Part shown: piece after piece, positions 11,680-19,989 of the stretch
Numbering within the stretch: the first letter of the stretch is position 1
How the letters are laid out: every line of letters begins with the position of its first letter
NCBI GenBank assembly: GCA_003173855.1
Contig: PPGI01000010.1
Coordinates: forward strand, 1-60,303
Direction: 5' to 3'
DNA from: Candidatus Zambryskiibacteriota bacterium
GTDB taxonomy: Bacteria > Patescibacteriota > Minisyncoccia > Phycocordibacterales > DATDWN01
DNA length: 60,303 nucleotides
Position numbers and translations under genes: made by a program
The notes under the pieces: generated by a model
Database searches by the model: none
Seen by the model: the letters and a program-made list of their open reading frames with translations, nothing else
What the model was told of the DNA's origin: nothing

Positions 11680-13038
11680 ATGCCGTCTTACTCAAAAATT
11701 GCCTTATTTTCAGCCATTTTATTGGTATTTTTTACTTCGTCAGCTTATGCTCAAGTTGTTTCTTCAACTCCTCCAACAGTTTCAATCGGAGTAGGAAATG
11801 GCAATACTCCAGCAAATACTGGTCCTCAACATGGCTCAATTTTTCATGGAAACATTCCTGTTTATGCAACTGTAAACGATCCAGATAACGATTTAGAAAA
11901 TTATCACTTTCGAGTTGTGAAAGATGGTGGCAGTTTAGGTTTTACTTGCACAGTTCCAGACGGATTATTTTTGCCTGAAAATCAAGGTTATGCATCATCA
12001 ACTCTTGGAAAAGATGCTTGCGGATATGTTTACAATCAGTCAATTTATACTGGAACCAATTTTACAAACTCAATTATTACTACTTTAAACACAATTGATC
12101 TTGGCGCTTATTCTGGTGATGGAAATTATTGGCTAATTCTTGGTGCTCGAGATACTACAGGAAACCGTACAAATCCTGACTATTTGACTGATTCACAAGT
12201 AGAAATCACTGTTGATAATACAGCTCCCATGACAACAAGTTCAATAGGAAACAGGAGAGATTCTGACTTATTTACAATTTTCGGAACGTCAACTGATACA
12301 AATGGTGTGGCAAACACAACTGTTTCATATGCAAATTTTGATGGAACAAATTGCGGAACTTTTTCACAAGCAGGAATTTTAAATGGGGGAAATACGGCAG
12401 TCTTTCCTTGGACATTCGAATTTAATCCAAATACCGACGGAAATTATTGTCTTTCTGTTTCTAGTACTGATCTCGTAGGAAACAAAGAAACTGATAATAC
12501 AATTGAAACTAATATTCCGTTTCTTTCTTCAACAACTCCAACGCCAACACCTACGCCATCACCAAGTCCAAGTCCAGCACCGTCTCCGTCCCCAACTCCA
12601 GCACCAAATTCAGCTCCTGTAGGAGGAAATGGCCCAATTGTTGGCACATTTGGGAAAATTAATGGTCAAGGATCAAATGACGGACAAGTTCTTGGTGAAT
12701 CAACAACAACACTCCCATCGGGCTGTGTACCTGTACTAACTTCTTACCTAATCAGCGGCGGCAAGAATAATAAAGAAGATGTAAAAACACTCCAGAATTT
12801 TTTGAATAAATATTTTGGAACAAATATTCCAGTAAACGGAATTTTTGGTCCGCAAACTCTTGCCGCAGTTTATAAATTCCAGGCAAAAGAAAGTGAAGAA
12901 GTCTTAATGCCTTGGGTCAGAGCTGGATTGTGGAAGAGCGCAAACCCAACTGGTTACGTTTACAAAACTACATCACGACGAATAAATATGCTGAGCTGCA
13001 TTGGTGAAATAAATATCCCAATGCCGCAGCTTCCTTAA
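11680..13038 (+). CDS. Secreted beta-rich (Ig-like) protein with Pro-Thr/Ser linker and C-terminal peptidoglycan-binding-like domain
   Basis: Signal peptide ending AYA, ITVDNTAP Ig-type motif, TPTPTPTPSPSPSP, DVKTLQNFLN..VNGIFGPQTLAAVYKFQ. Confidence 0.75.
   Translation: MPSYSKIALFSAILLVFFTSSAYAQVVSSTPPTVSIGVGNGNTPANTGPQHGSIFHGNIPVYATVNDPDNDLENYHFRVVKDGGSLGFTCTVPDGLFLPENQGYASSTLGKDACGYVYNQSIYTGTNFTNSIITTLNTIDLGAYSGDGNYWLILGARDTTGNRTNPDYLTDSQVEITVDNTAPMTTSSIGNRRDSDLFTIFGTSTDTNGVANTTVSYANFDGTNCGTFSQAGILNGGNTAVFPWTFEFNPNTDGNYCLSVSSTDLVGNKETDNTIETNIPFLSSTTPTPTPTPSPSPSPAPSPSPTPAPNSAPVGGNGPIVGTFGKINGQGSNDGQVLGESTTTLPSGCVPVLTSYLISGGKNNKEDVKTLQNFLNKYFGTNIPVNGIFGPQTLAAVYKFQAKESEEVLMPWVRAGLWKSANPTGYVYKTTSRRINMLSCIGEINIPMPQLP
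12537..12606 (+). repeat. Pro-Thr/Pro-Ser coding repeat
   Basis: cca/ccg + aca/act/agt codon repeats. Confidence 0.85.
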
Positions 13039-13042
13039 TGAG

Positions 13043-13063
13043 AATCGCCTCCGGGCGATTTTT
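13043..13063 (+). terminator. Intrinsic terminator-like hairpin
   Basis: AATCGCC-TCCG-GGCGATT plus T run right after the stop at 13038. Confidence 0.65.
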
Positions 13064-13079
13064 CATTTATAATAAAATT

Positions 13080-14033
13080 ATGGATTTTTTAAAGAAGTGG
13101 TTTGTACCTGGTCAAAAAAATGGCTATAAACCGCATTTATTTTCTGAAACCGGAATAGGTGTTCTTTTTTCTTTGATTATTTTTGTTTTTTTGATAGCTA
13201 GTTTAGGTAATTTTATTATTAGCAGAACTGGTCTAACGGCTTTAGTTTTACCGAATGTTTTAGTTGATGAAGCAAATAGTGATCGACAAGCTCTGCAATA
13301 TAGAGAACTAACAATAAATCCAATACTAGTTCGAGCAGCGCAATTGAAAGCCAATGATATGGCAACTAAAGGTTATTTTGCCCATCAAAGTCCTGATGGA
13401 CATTCGCCATGGTACTGGTTTAGCGAAGCAGGGTATGATTTTAGTTATGCTGGAGAAAACTTGGCAGTAAATTTTACTGATTCAAGTGATGTAAATGCTG
13501 CATGGATGAATTCGCCATCTCACAGAGCAAATATATTAAATAGTAATTTTACTGAAATTGGCATTGCCACTGCAGAAGGAATTTATAACGGAAAAGCCAC
13601 AACATTTGTGGTCGAAATGTTTGGCAGGCCAGCGTTTGAAAATTTGGCTACAAATATAGCTTTAAATGCAGAAACTAAGACAAAAATCGCTACTACAACC
13701 AAAATTGTTCGAACATCGAGTGTTCTTGGTGCTAGTGAGGAAAACGATCTTTATATTGCTGTAAAAAAGGAGAGTGCTGCCACAACTTTTGCCGAAAATA
13801 CAAATTATTCTAATTGGATTGGACGATTGTTCTCTTCTCCAAAAAGAATAATGAGCTTTATTTATATTGTTCTTGCTGTGCTAATTACTATCGGATTAAT
13901 CCTTATGATTGTGATTGAAATAAAAAAACAACATCCAATTTATATTATGTTTGGTCTAGGACTTCTCTTTTTAATGCTTGTTCTTACGTATCTTTATCAA
14001 AATTTATTGTTTGGACCACTTCTCATCGTTTAA
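13080..14033 (+). CDS. CAP/SCP-domain membrane protein
   Basis: AAQLKANDMA..GYFAH.SPDG, YAGENLA, AWMNSPSHRANIL, EIGIA; TM helices at both ends; start moved to MDFLKKW. Confidence 0.9.
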   Translation: MDFLKKWFVPGQKNGYKPHLFSETGIGVLFSLIIFVFLIASLGNFIISRTGLTALVLPNVLVDEANSDRQALQYRELTINPILVRAAQLKANDMATKGYFAHQSPDGHSPWYWFSEAGYDFSYAGENLAVNFTDSSDVNAAWMNSPSHRANILNSNFTEIGIATAEGIYNGKATTFVVEMFGRPAFENLATNIALNAETKTKIATTTKIVRTSSVLGASEENDLYIAVKKESAATTFAENTNYSNWIGRLFSSPKRIMSFIYIVLAVLITIGLILMIVIEIKKQHPIYIMFGLGLLFLMLVLTYLYQNLLFGPLLIV

Positions 14034-14121
14034 GGCAAGGTAAGTTCGTCAAACTTCATCACGTCTTCATTTACAGCCAGGTGGAATTTAACATAACTTT
14101 CTGCTAAGGTAACAAAATACG

Positions 14122-15180
14122 ATGGAAATAAAAAAGATTGTGAAGCCGAAATTCATTATTTTAAGCCTTTTATTTACACTTATTATCCCGTTTTTCCCAT
14201 TTCCTAATATATCAGGGCTGTGGGCTACAGAGGCTAAAACAAAGCAACATGGCAGGTGGGCAACTGACTCTACACCATCTCCAGATCCAAGTCCTAGCCC
14301 AGTGCCAACACCAAGTCCAAGTCCAGCACCAAGCCCAACTCCAACTCCGACGCCTACACCGACACCAGTTACAAGCCCTACGCCAACTCCAGTAGCAGGA
14401 ACAATACAATGGGGAGCTTATGCTGGAGAAACTGTTAGTGAAATACAAAATTTTGAAACTCTTATGGGCAAACAAACAGAAATTGTAAGTGTCTTTTATG
14501 CATTCACTGATGATTTTCCAACAACTTATCAATCAGCAATTGGCGCAAAAGGGAAAACACTTTTAATTTTTTGGGAGCCAACAACCAATCTTGATCAAAT
14601 AAATAATGGAAACCAAGATGCTTATTTACGTGCTTTTGCCGCTGGAGCCAAAGCTTATGGTTATCCAATAATTCTTGCGCCATTCCATGAAGTTAACGGC
14701 AATTGGGATGTTTGGGATGGAACAGTAAGCAATAACTCTCCAGCCAAGTTTCTAACTGCTTGGAAGCACGTTCATGACCTTTTCATTGGTGTAAATAACG
14801 TTAAATTTGCTTTATCTTATAATGCTGGTTCGGTTCCAGATGTTGTCGGAAATCAAATGAGCGATTACTATCCTGGAGATAATTACGTTGATTATCTTGG
14901 ACTTGATGGCTTCAATTTTGGTTCTCCTTGGCAATCATTTGATGCTATTTTTGCCGTTCCAATAATTGAATTAGAAAGTTACCACAAACCAATTTATATT
15001 TTCTCAATGGCTTCAACTGCTGGAGCGGGGAAGGCTGCATGGATTAGTGATTTTGGATCTGAAGTTTATAAATTCCCAATTTCAGGCTGGGTTTGGTTTA
15101 ATCAAAATGGAACTGATGGAAATTGGCTCGTAAACTCTGATTCAGCTTCATTAACTGCATTCAAGCAAATTTTGCCTTAG
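14122..15180 (+). CDS. GH26-like (beta-mannanase/endoglucanase H family) protein with Pro-Thr linker
   Basis: LLIFWEP, FHEVNGNW, YYPGDNYVDYLGLDGFN, KPIYIF, GWVWFN. Confidence 0.8.
   Translation: MEIKKIVKPKFIILSLLFTLIIPFFPFPNISGLWATEAKTKQHGRWATDSTPSPDPSPSPVPTPSPSPAPSPTPTPTPTPTPVTSPTPTPVAGTIQWGAYAGETVSEIQNFETLMGKQTEIVSVFYAFTDDFPTTYQSAIGAKGKTLLIFWEPTTNLDQINNGNQDAYLRAFAAGAKAYGYPIILAPFHEVNGNWDVWDGTVSNNSPAKFLTAWKHVHDLFIGVNNVKFALSYNAGSVPDVVGNQMSDYYPGDNYVDYLGLDGFNFGSPWQSFDAIFAVPIIELESYHKPIYIFSMASTAGAGKAAWISDFGSEVYKFPISGWVWFNQNGTDGNWLVNSDSASLTAFKQILP
14272..14392 (+). repeat. Pro-Thr/Pro-Ser coding repeat
   Basis: TPSPDPSPSPVPTPSPSPAPSPTPTPTPTPTP. Confidence 0.85.
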
Positions 15181-15330
15181 TCAAGTAGACAAATCAAAAA
15201 AAATAACTAGTATCGGTTAAGAATTTTCTTTTACATAAGCCTCGTTGCAAATTAGTTGCAGCAGGCTTGCTTTTTTTAAGAAAATGTGTTTATATTAGCC
15301 GGTCAAATTGGGGCTATAAACATATACAAT

Positions 15331-16341
15331 ATGCGAATTTCAATAGTCATTCCATGTCATAACGAAGAGAAGTCGATTGCTAAATGTATCGATTCTTGTC
15401 TTGCGCAGACCAGAAAAGCTGATCAGATTTTAGTTATTAACGATGGAAGCACAGATAATTCTCGAAAAATTTTGGAAACTTACAAAAAAGATATTGAAGT
15501 TTTAACAATTCCAGTAGCAACAGGTAATAAAAGCCGTGCTCAAGAAAAAGGTCTCTCTTATGTAACAGGTGATATTTTTATTGCAACTGACGGAGATACT
15601 TTGCTTGATAAAAATTTTGTAAAACGAATCGAAGAAGATTTTAAAGATCCAAAAGTCATTGCCGTTGGAGGATATGTTAAAAGTCTTCGCTACAATTGGC
15701 TGACTGCATGCCGCGCTCTCGATTATACAGTTGGACAAAATATCGATAAGCTTGCCCAAGACTATGTAAATTACATGCTTGTTATTCCTGGCGCAGCAGG
15801 AGCATTTCGAACTAACATTTTTAAAAAGCTTGGTTTTGACCACGACACCCTAACAGAAGATTTGGATTTTACTTATAAACTCCATAAACTAGGCCATAAA
15901 ATTAAATATGATAGGGAAGCCATTTGCTATACTCAGGATCCTGCAGATTTTTCATCTTATGTAAATCAAATGCGAAGATGGTTTGGTGGCGGTTGGCAAT
16001 GTTTTATGAAGCATGCCAGTGTTCCATCTCGACCGGGCATGGCACTTGAACTCTCGCTAATTTACGGAGAAGGCTTGGTTTTCTCTCTTTTAATTTTCCT
16101 TCTTCCGTTTATAAATATCTTTTTTGCTCTGACATTGCTATTTTCAAATCTTGTTATTGTTCTTGCACTTGCAATCTTTGCCGGCGCTAAAGAAAAGCGA
16201 TGGGATTTTCTCTTAATTCTTCCACAATACTTATTTTTAAAATATGTAAACGCTTGGATTTATCTTGAACAATTCACAAAAGAAGTTGTTTTAAAAAGAA
16301 AAAATATGGCCTGGTTTCATCCAGACAGAGTAAGAATATAA
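15331..16341 (+). CDS. Processive GT2 polysaccharide synthase (IcaA/PgaC/NodC-like)
   Basis: IVIPCHNEE, INDGSTD, TDGDT (DxD), PGAAGAFR, TEDLD, QMRRW; C-terminal TM helices; start moved to MRISIV. Confidence 0.9.
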   Translation: MRISIVIPCHNEEKSIAKCIDSCLAQTRKADQILVINDGSTDNSRKILETYKKDIEVLTIPVATGNKSRAQEKGLSYVTGDIFIATDGDTLLDKNFVKRIEEDFKDPKVIAVGGYVKSLRYNWLTACRALDYTVGQNIDKLAQDYVNYMLVIPGAAGAFRTNIFKKLGFDHDTLTEDLDFTYKLHKLGHKIKYDREAICYTQDPADFSSYVNQMRRWFGGGWQCFMKHASVPSRPGMALELSLIYGEGLVFSLLIFLLPFINIFFALTLLFSNLVIVLALAIFAGAKEKRWDFLLILPQYLFLKYVNAWIYLEQFTKEVVLKRKNMAWFHPDRVRI

Positions 16342-16345
16342 ATTT

Positions 16346-16447
16346 ATGCCAACAGTACCATTTGTAGGACTATCGATGATCATAAACCTCGTAATCGTAA
16401 CGAGCGTTAAATTAGGCCGTAAAATGTTCGAAATTTTGAGCGAATAA
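16346..16447 (+). CDS. 33-aa single-TM peptide (not in ORF track)
   Basis: MPTVPFVGLSMIINLVIVTSVKLGRKMFEILSE; begins 4 nt after the GT2 stop and ends 1 nt before the next ATG. Confidence 0.65.
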   Translation: MPTVPFVGLSMIINLVIVTSVKLGRKMFEILSE

Positions 16448-16448
16448 T

Positions 16449-16814
16449 ATGAAATTTATCTCAGTCACAATTGTTATAGCAGTCTTTACGATGGTTCTTA
16501 TGGGATCGTATTTAATCCTAATTCAGAGTTTTCGAAGTGATACTTCAAATTACAGAATCGTAAAAGAAATCATTTCAAAACAATTTGATATTGTCAGAGC
16601 CGACAGCTTAAAAGAAAAATTAACTTGCTTAACAACTTCACAAAATTATTCGATTGTCGATTTTATGAAAGCAAATAATATTGATAGTTCTTTTGAAGCC
16701 AGAGCTGTCTTAGCAAAAAAAATTAATATAAATGATTACGATGGTACTCCGGATGAAAATTCTAAGCTAATTAAATATTTAATTAGTCAAAAATGCCAAG
16801 AAACAGTTACATAA
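16449..16814 (+). CDS. Membrane-anchored protein with DUF3597-like cell-wall-binding module
   Basis: N-terminal TM; SIVDFMKANNIDSSFEARAVLAKKININDYDGTPDENSKL resembles the SIVD..DSSF..R..LA module of Firmicute endolysins. Confidence 0.6.
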   Translation: MKFISVTIVIAVFTMVLMGSYLILIQSFRSDTSNYRIVKEIISKQFDIVRADSLKEKLTCLTTSQNYSIVDFMKANNIDSSFEARAVLAKKININDYDGTPDENSKLIKYLISQKCQETVT

Positions 16815-16888
16815 TGTTTTTTGCTTGCATTATATAAAGGGTTATGGCAAGGTTTAAAAAATTTAATACAGAATTAATAGAAAAGAAT

Positions 16889-19312
16889 ATGAAAACGAAA
16901 ATTACAAAAAAAATGATGAAAAGAAAGGATTTGATAGATGTCCACTTTTTAATAAGCTCGGCATTGTTTAGTGTTTTAGTTGTATTTTCCACTGTTGTCT
17001 TACAGCCTCTTTCACTTAAAGCCGAAGATGTAAATTTAATTCCTAACGCAGATTTTCTAAATCAAACGATCCCTGGTATTCCAGATAATTGGTTTCAAGG
17101 CGGTTACGGAGTAAGCACTTCAACATTTGCATTTCCGGTTATAGGTTCAACAGGAGCTCCCACTGATAACGCAGTAAACGTTACAATCACAAATTATCAA
17201 AGTGGTGACGCGAAGTGGTACTTTTCTCCAGTTCCCGTAACAGCAGGACGAACTTACGTTTTTTCAGATTCATATAAATCAGATACGCAATCACAAATAA
17301 TTGCAGAGTATTTTGATACAAACTTAGTTCCACTATCACCAACAGATCCGGGAACAAGAGGGTGGTTTGGAGTAGTCCCAGCATCAACCGAATGGGCAAC
17401 AACGACAAACAGCTTTACACCTCCAGCCGGTGCAGCTTACATGACTGTTTTCCATTCTCTACAAGGCAATGGCTCGCTTACAACAGATGACTCTAAGCTT
17501 ATATTGCTTCCGCCTCCACCGCAGTTTGCTAATGGGGTAGTGACACTTACATTCGATGATGGTTGGGAATCACAATATATAAATGCTTTTCCAGCACTAA
17601 AAAACGCGGGATACAAAGGATCATTCTATTTAATTTCAAGCACACTAATTCCTGGTGCAGAAGTTGATCCAAATATTCTTTGCCAAAACGTTCAATCTTA
17701 TTGTGATCAAGGCGTAATTTCTGAAACCCCAAGCTCTTGGATGGCAGCCGGACAATATCCAGATCCAAACACTGACACTTACACATTTGCTGACACATTT
17801 GATGCAAGTGCAACAAGCACAATTACAGTTAGTTACTTTGATCAAAATAATAATCCAATAGATGGCGAGCAAAATATTGTCCTTCAAACTCTTGAGTCGG
17901 GAACAGGACAAAATGTTTCAGTGAAATTTACAATTCCTCCAGCAGTTTTTGCCCTAACCAGTACATCATCTCCAGTAGGCCCATCATTTGCTATTGTTCA
18001 TTTCGTTCCAGATGGAGAGACTATTCATGTAACAAGTCCAAAGGTAACAAAAAAACAAAGCGGAGCTGACACCTACATGGTTCCGTCGCAAATTCTTGAT
18101 ATGCAGGCAAATGGCATGGAAATCGGGGCTCACACAGTAGATCACTGCAACCTTGCACTTCTTGATCAAGATAACAGCTCATCTTTAACAGGAGCATGTG
18201 CTTCAAATCTTTTAGTTCCAGTAACACCTGAATACGAAATCAATACTTCTCGATCAACAATACAGTCGTTTGGAGCAACACCTGTTGATACATTTGTTTA
18301 TCCATACGGAGGATTTAATGCTCATGTTGAGTCATTAATAAACCAAGCAGGATTTATTTCTTCGCGAACAGTAAATGTCGGATTCAATACAAAAAATTCT
18401 GATTTGTACGCTCTTAACACACAGTTAGTTGATAAGCCGCTTACTGATAATCCAACTGGTTTAAATACAGTTGAGTCTTGGATTGATACAGCCCTAAACA
18501 ATAAATCATGGCTCATTCTTACATTCCACAATGTTCAAACTCCAGAACAAATGGCTGCTAATCAATCAGCTCGACCAGGAAGTGTTGATGAATCAACGAC
18601 CTCGGTATTCTTTCAAGCGGTTGTTGATTATTTAAAGGCACATAATGTTTGTGTAGCAACAATGCATGATGCAACCAATGCTCTTAAATCTGATCAAGAT
18701 CCATGTAATTCCCAAACAAATACACCGCCTCCAACACCGACACCTACACCTACACCTACTCCAACTCCTACGCCCACTCCAACTCCAACACCAACTCCTG
18801 ATCCAACTCCAACACCAACACCAGCACCATCAGGAGGTGGCGGAGGAGGTGGAGGTGGTGGTCCAACAATATATGAAATTATTGCAAGATCAGCTTCGTC
18901 GACATCTTCATCATCAACTGGCCAAGTTTTGGGAGAAAGCACAAGTTCTCCATTAACAGGCATGGATCTTCTAAATGCACTTAAAGTAAAACTTGCTTCT
19001 CTATATAAGCAGCTAGTTACACTTCAATTCAAAGCTTCTGGTTGTTCATATGTCTGGACTACAGATCTATCATTTGGCTCGTATTCATCTGATGTAAATA
19101 GTCTTCAAACAACATTAAACTCAAGTTCTCTGACTGAAGTTGGGAACAAAGGATTTGAAACATCATTCTTTGGACTTTCAACAAAAGCGGCAGTTATTAA
19201 ATTCCAAAATATTTTCCTTGAGGAAACTATGAAACCATTGGGATTAACTTCTGGAAATGGAATTGTTGGATCTACAACACGCGCAGTCTTGAATACCATT
19301 TGTTCCAAATAG
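16889..19312 (+). CDS. Secreted CE4/NodB polysaccharide deacetylase with CBM-like domains, Pro-Thr linker and peptidoglycan-binding-like C-terminus
   Basis: LTFDDG, EIGAHTVDH, FVYPYG, LILTFH CE4 motifs; NLIPNADF..W CBM4/9-like N-terminus; FFGLSTKAAVIKFQ..GNGIVGSTTR. Confidence 0.85.
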   Translation: MKTKITKKMMKRKDLIDVHFLISSALFSVLVVFSTVVLQPLSLKAEDVNLIPNADFLNQTIPGIPDNWFQGGYGVSTSTFAFPVIGSTGAPTDNAVNVTITNYQSGDAKWYFSPVPVTAGRTYVFSDSYKSDTQSQIIAEYFDTNLVPLSPTDPGTRGWFGVVPASTEWATTTNSFTPPAGAAYMTVFHSLQGNGSLTTDDSKLILLPPPPQFANGVVTLTFDDGWESQYINAFPALKNAGYKGSFYLISSTLIPGAEVDPNILCQNVQSYCDQGVISETPSSWMAAGQYPDPNTDTYTFADTFDASATSTITVSYFDQNNNPIDGEQNIVLQTLESGTGQNVSVKFTIPPAVFALTSTSSPVGPSFAIVHFVPDGETIHVTSPKVTKKQSGADTYMVPSQILDMQANGMEIGAHTVDHCNLALLDQDNSSSLTGACASNLLVPVTPEYEINTSRSTIQSFGATPVDTFVYPYGGFNAHVESLINQAGFISSRTVNVGFNTKNSDLYALNTQLVDKPLTDNPTGLNTVESWIDTALNNKSWLILTFHNVQTPEQMAANQSARPGSVDESTTSVFFQAVVDYLKAHNVCVATMHDATNALKSDQDPCNSQTNTPPPTPTPTPTPTPTPTPTPTPTPTPDPTPTPTPAPSGGGGGGGGGGPTIYEIIARSASSTSSSSTGQVLGESTSSPLTGMDLLNALKVKLASLYKQLVTLQFKASGCSYVWTTDLSFGSYSSDVNSLQTTLNSSSLTEVGNKGFETSFFGLSTKAAVIKFQNIFLEETMKPLGLTSGNGIVGSTTRAVLNTICSK
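18721..18857 (+). repeat. Pro-Thr repeat followed by poly-Gly
   Basis: (PT)n then SGGGGGGGGGG. Confidence 0.9.
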
Positions 19313-19337
19313 ATTCTAAGTTTGTGGAAATTTTAAC

Positions 19338-19362
19338 AAAAGTCAGCTTAAGGCTGGCTTTT
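19338..19362 (+). terminator. Bidirectional terminator-like hairpin
   Basis: AAAAGTCAGC-TTAAG-GCTGGCTTTT. Confidence 0.6.
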
Positions 19363-19381
19363 GTGTTATCTTTAGTTTGTC

Positions 19382-19468
19382 GGAGAGGTGGCTGAGTGGT
19401 TTAAAGCACTGGTTTCGAAAACCAGCATTCCTTAATTGGAATCGCGAGTTCGAATCTCGCCCTCTCCG
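19382..19468 (+). tRNA. tRNA-Ser (CGA)
   Basis: GGAGAGG/CCTCTCC acceptor, CTGGT-TT-CGA-AA-ACCAG anticodon arm, long variable arm, GCGAG-TTCGAAT-CTCGC T arm. Confidence 0.95.
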
Positions 19469-19618
19469 CAGTGAACGTAGTGAAAACTGCGAAGAGGCGG
19501 ACTAGCTTTCGAAGAAAGCGTAAGTCGATTCGAAACCCGATTGAGATATTTTGGAGCTTGCGAGAAAATATCCAATTGGGGTACTGAAACTGTAAGTTTC
19601 GAATCTCGCCCTCTCCGC
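19449..19618 (+). repeat. tRNA 3'-end direct duplication (21 bp) bracketing a ~130-bp palindromic insert
   Basis: ttcgaatctcgccctctccgc at 19449-19469 and 19598-19618. Confidence 0.9.
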
Positions 19619-19670
19619 TATTTGATTTTAAATATCAACTATAGTATTTTTAAAATAGAAAGGAGCACTT

Positions 19671-19901
19671 ATGGGACATACGTGGAGAGAATTGGATCCA
19701 GCTGGGGCTGAGGCTCACAACAAAAGAATAGAAAGGTTGTTAAATCTGCAGAAAAAAATTGGCGATTCGCCTCTAAGCGAATTCACAGTAAATGAATTCG
19801 GTTCTATTATGAGAATCATGGGTTGGCAACATAATTCTGCAGGACAAGTAGAACCTTATGAATCCGACTTCGTACGCCTTGAGAGCAAAGTCATAAAATA
19901 A
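19671..19901 (+). CDS. Hypothetical protein (orphan)
   Basis: SD aggag; followed by perfect 16-bp inverted repeat 19912-19949. Confidence 0.6.
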   Translation: MGHTWRELDPAGAEAHNKRIERLLNLQKKIGDSPLSEFTVNEFGSIMRIMGWQHNSAGQVEPYESDFVRLESKVIK

Positions 19902-19989
19902 AAACTTAGTTCTTTTAAAATCCATTGATTAATTTCAATGGATTTTAAAATTTATGGACAGAAAAGTTTTTTTAATAGATAATGGCCGA

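Noticed and set aside
18694-18963. Minus-strand ORF with (GV)n repeats (also 12444-12647, 14212-14532)
   Set aside because: Antisense shadow of Pro-Thr linkers in the real plus-strand genes
9395-19618. Prophage or integrative element between tRNA-Ser genes
   Set aside because: No integrase or phage genes; the 21-bp duplication brackets only about 130 bp, not the 10-kb region
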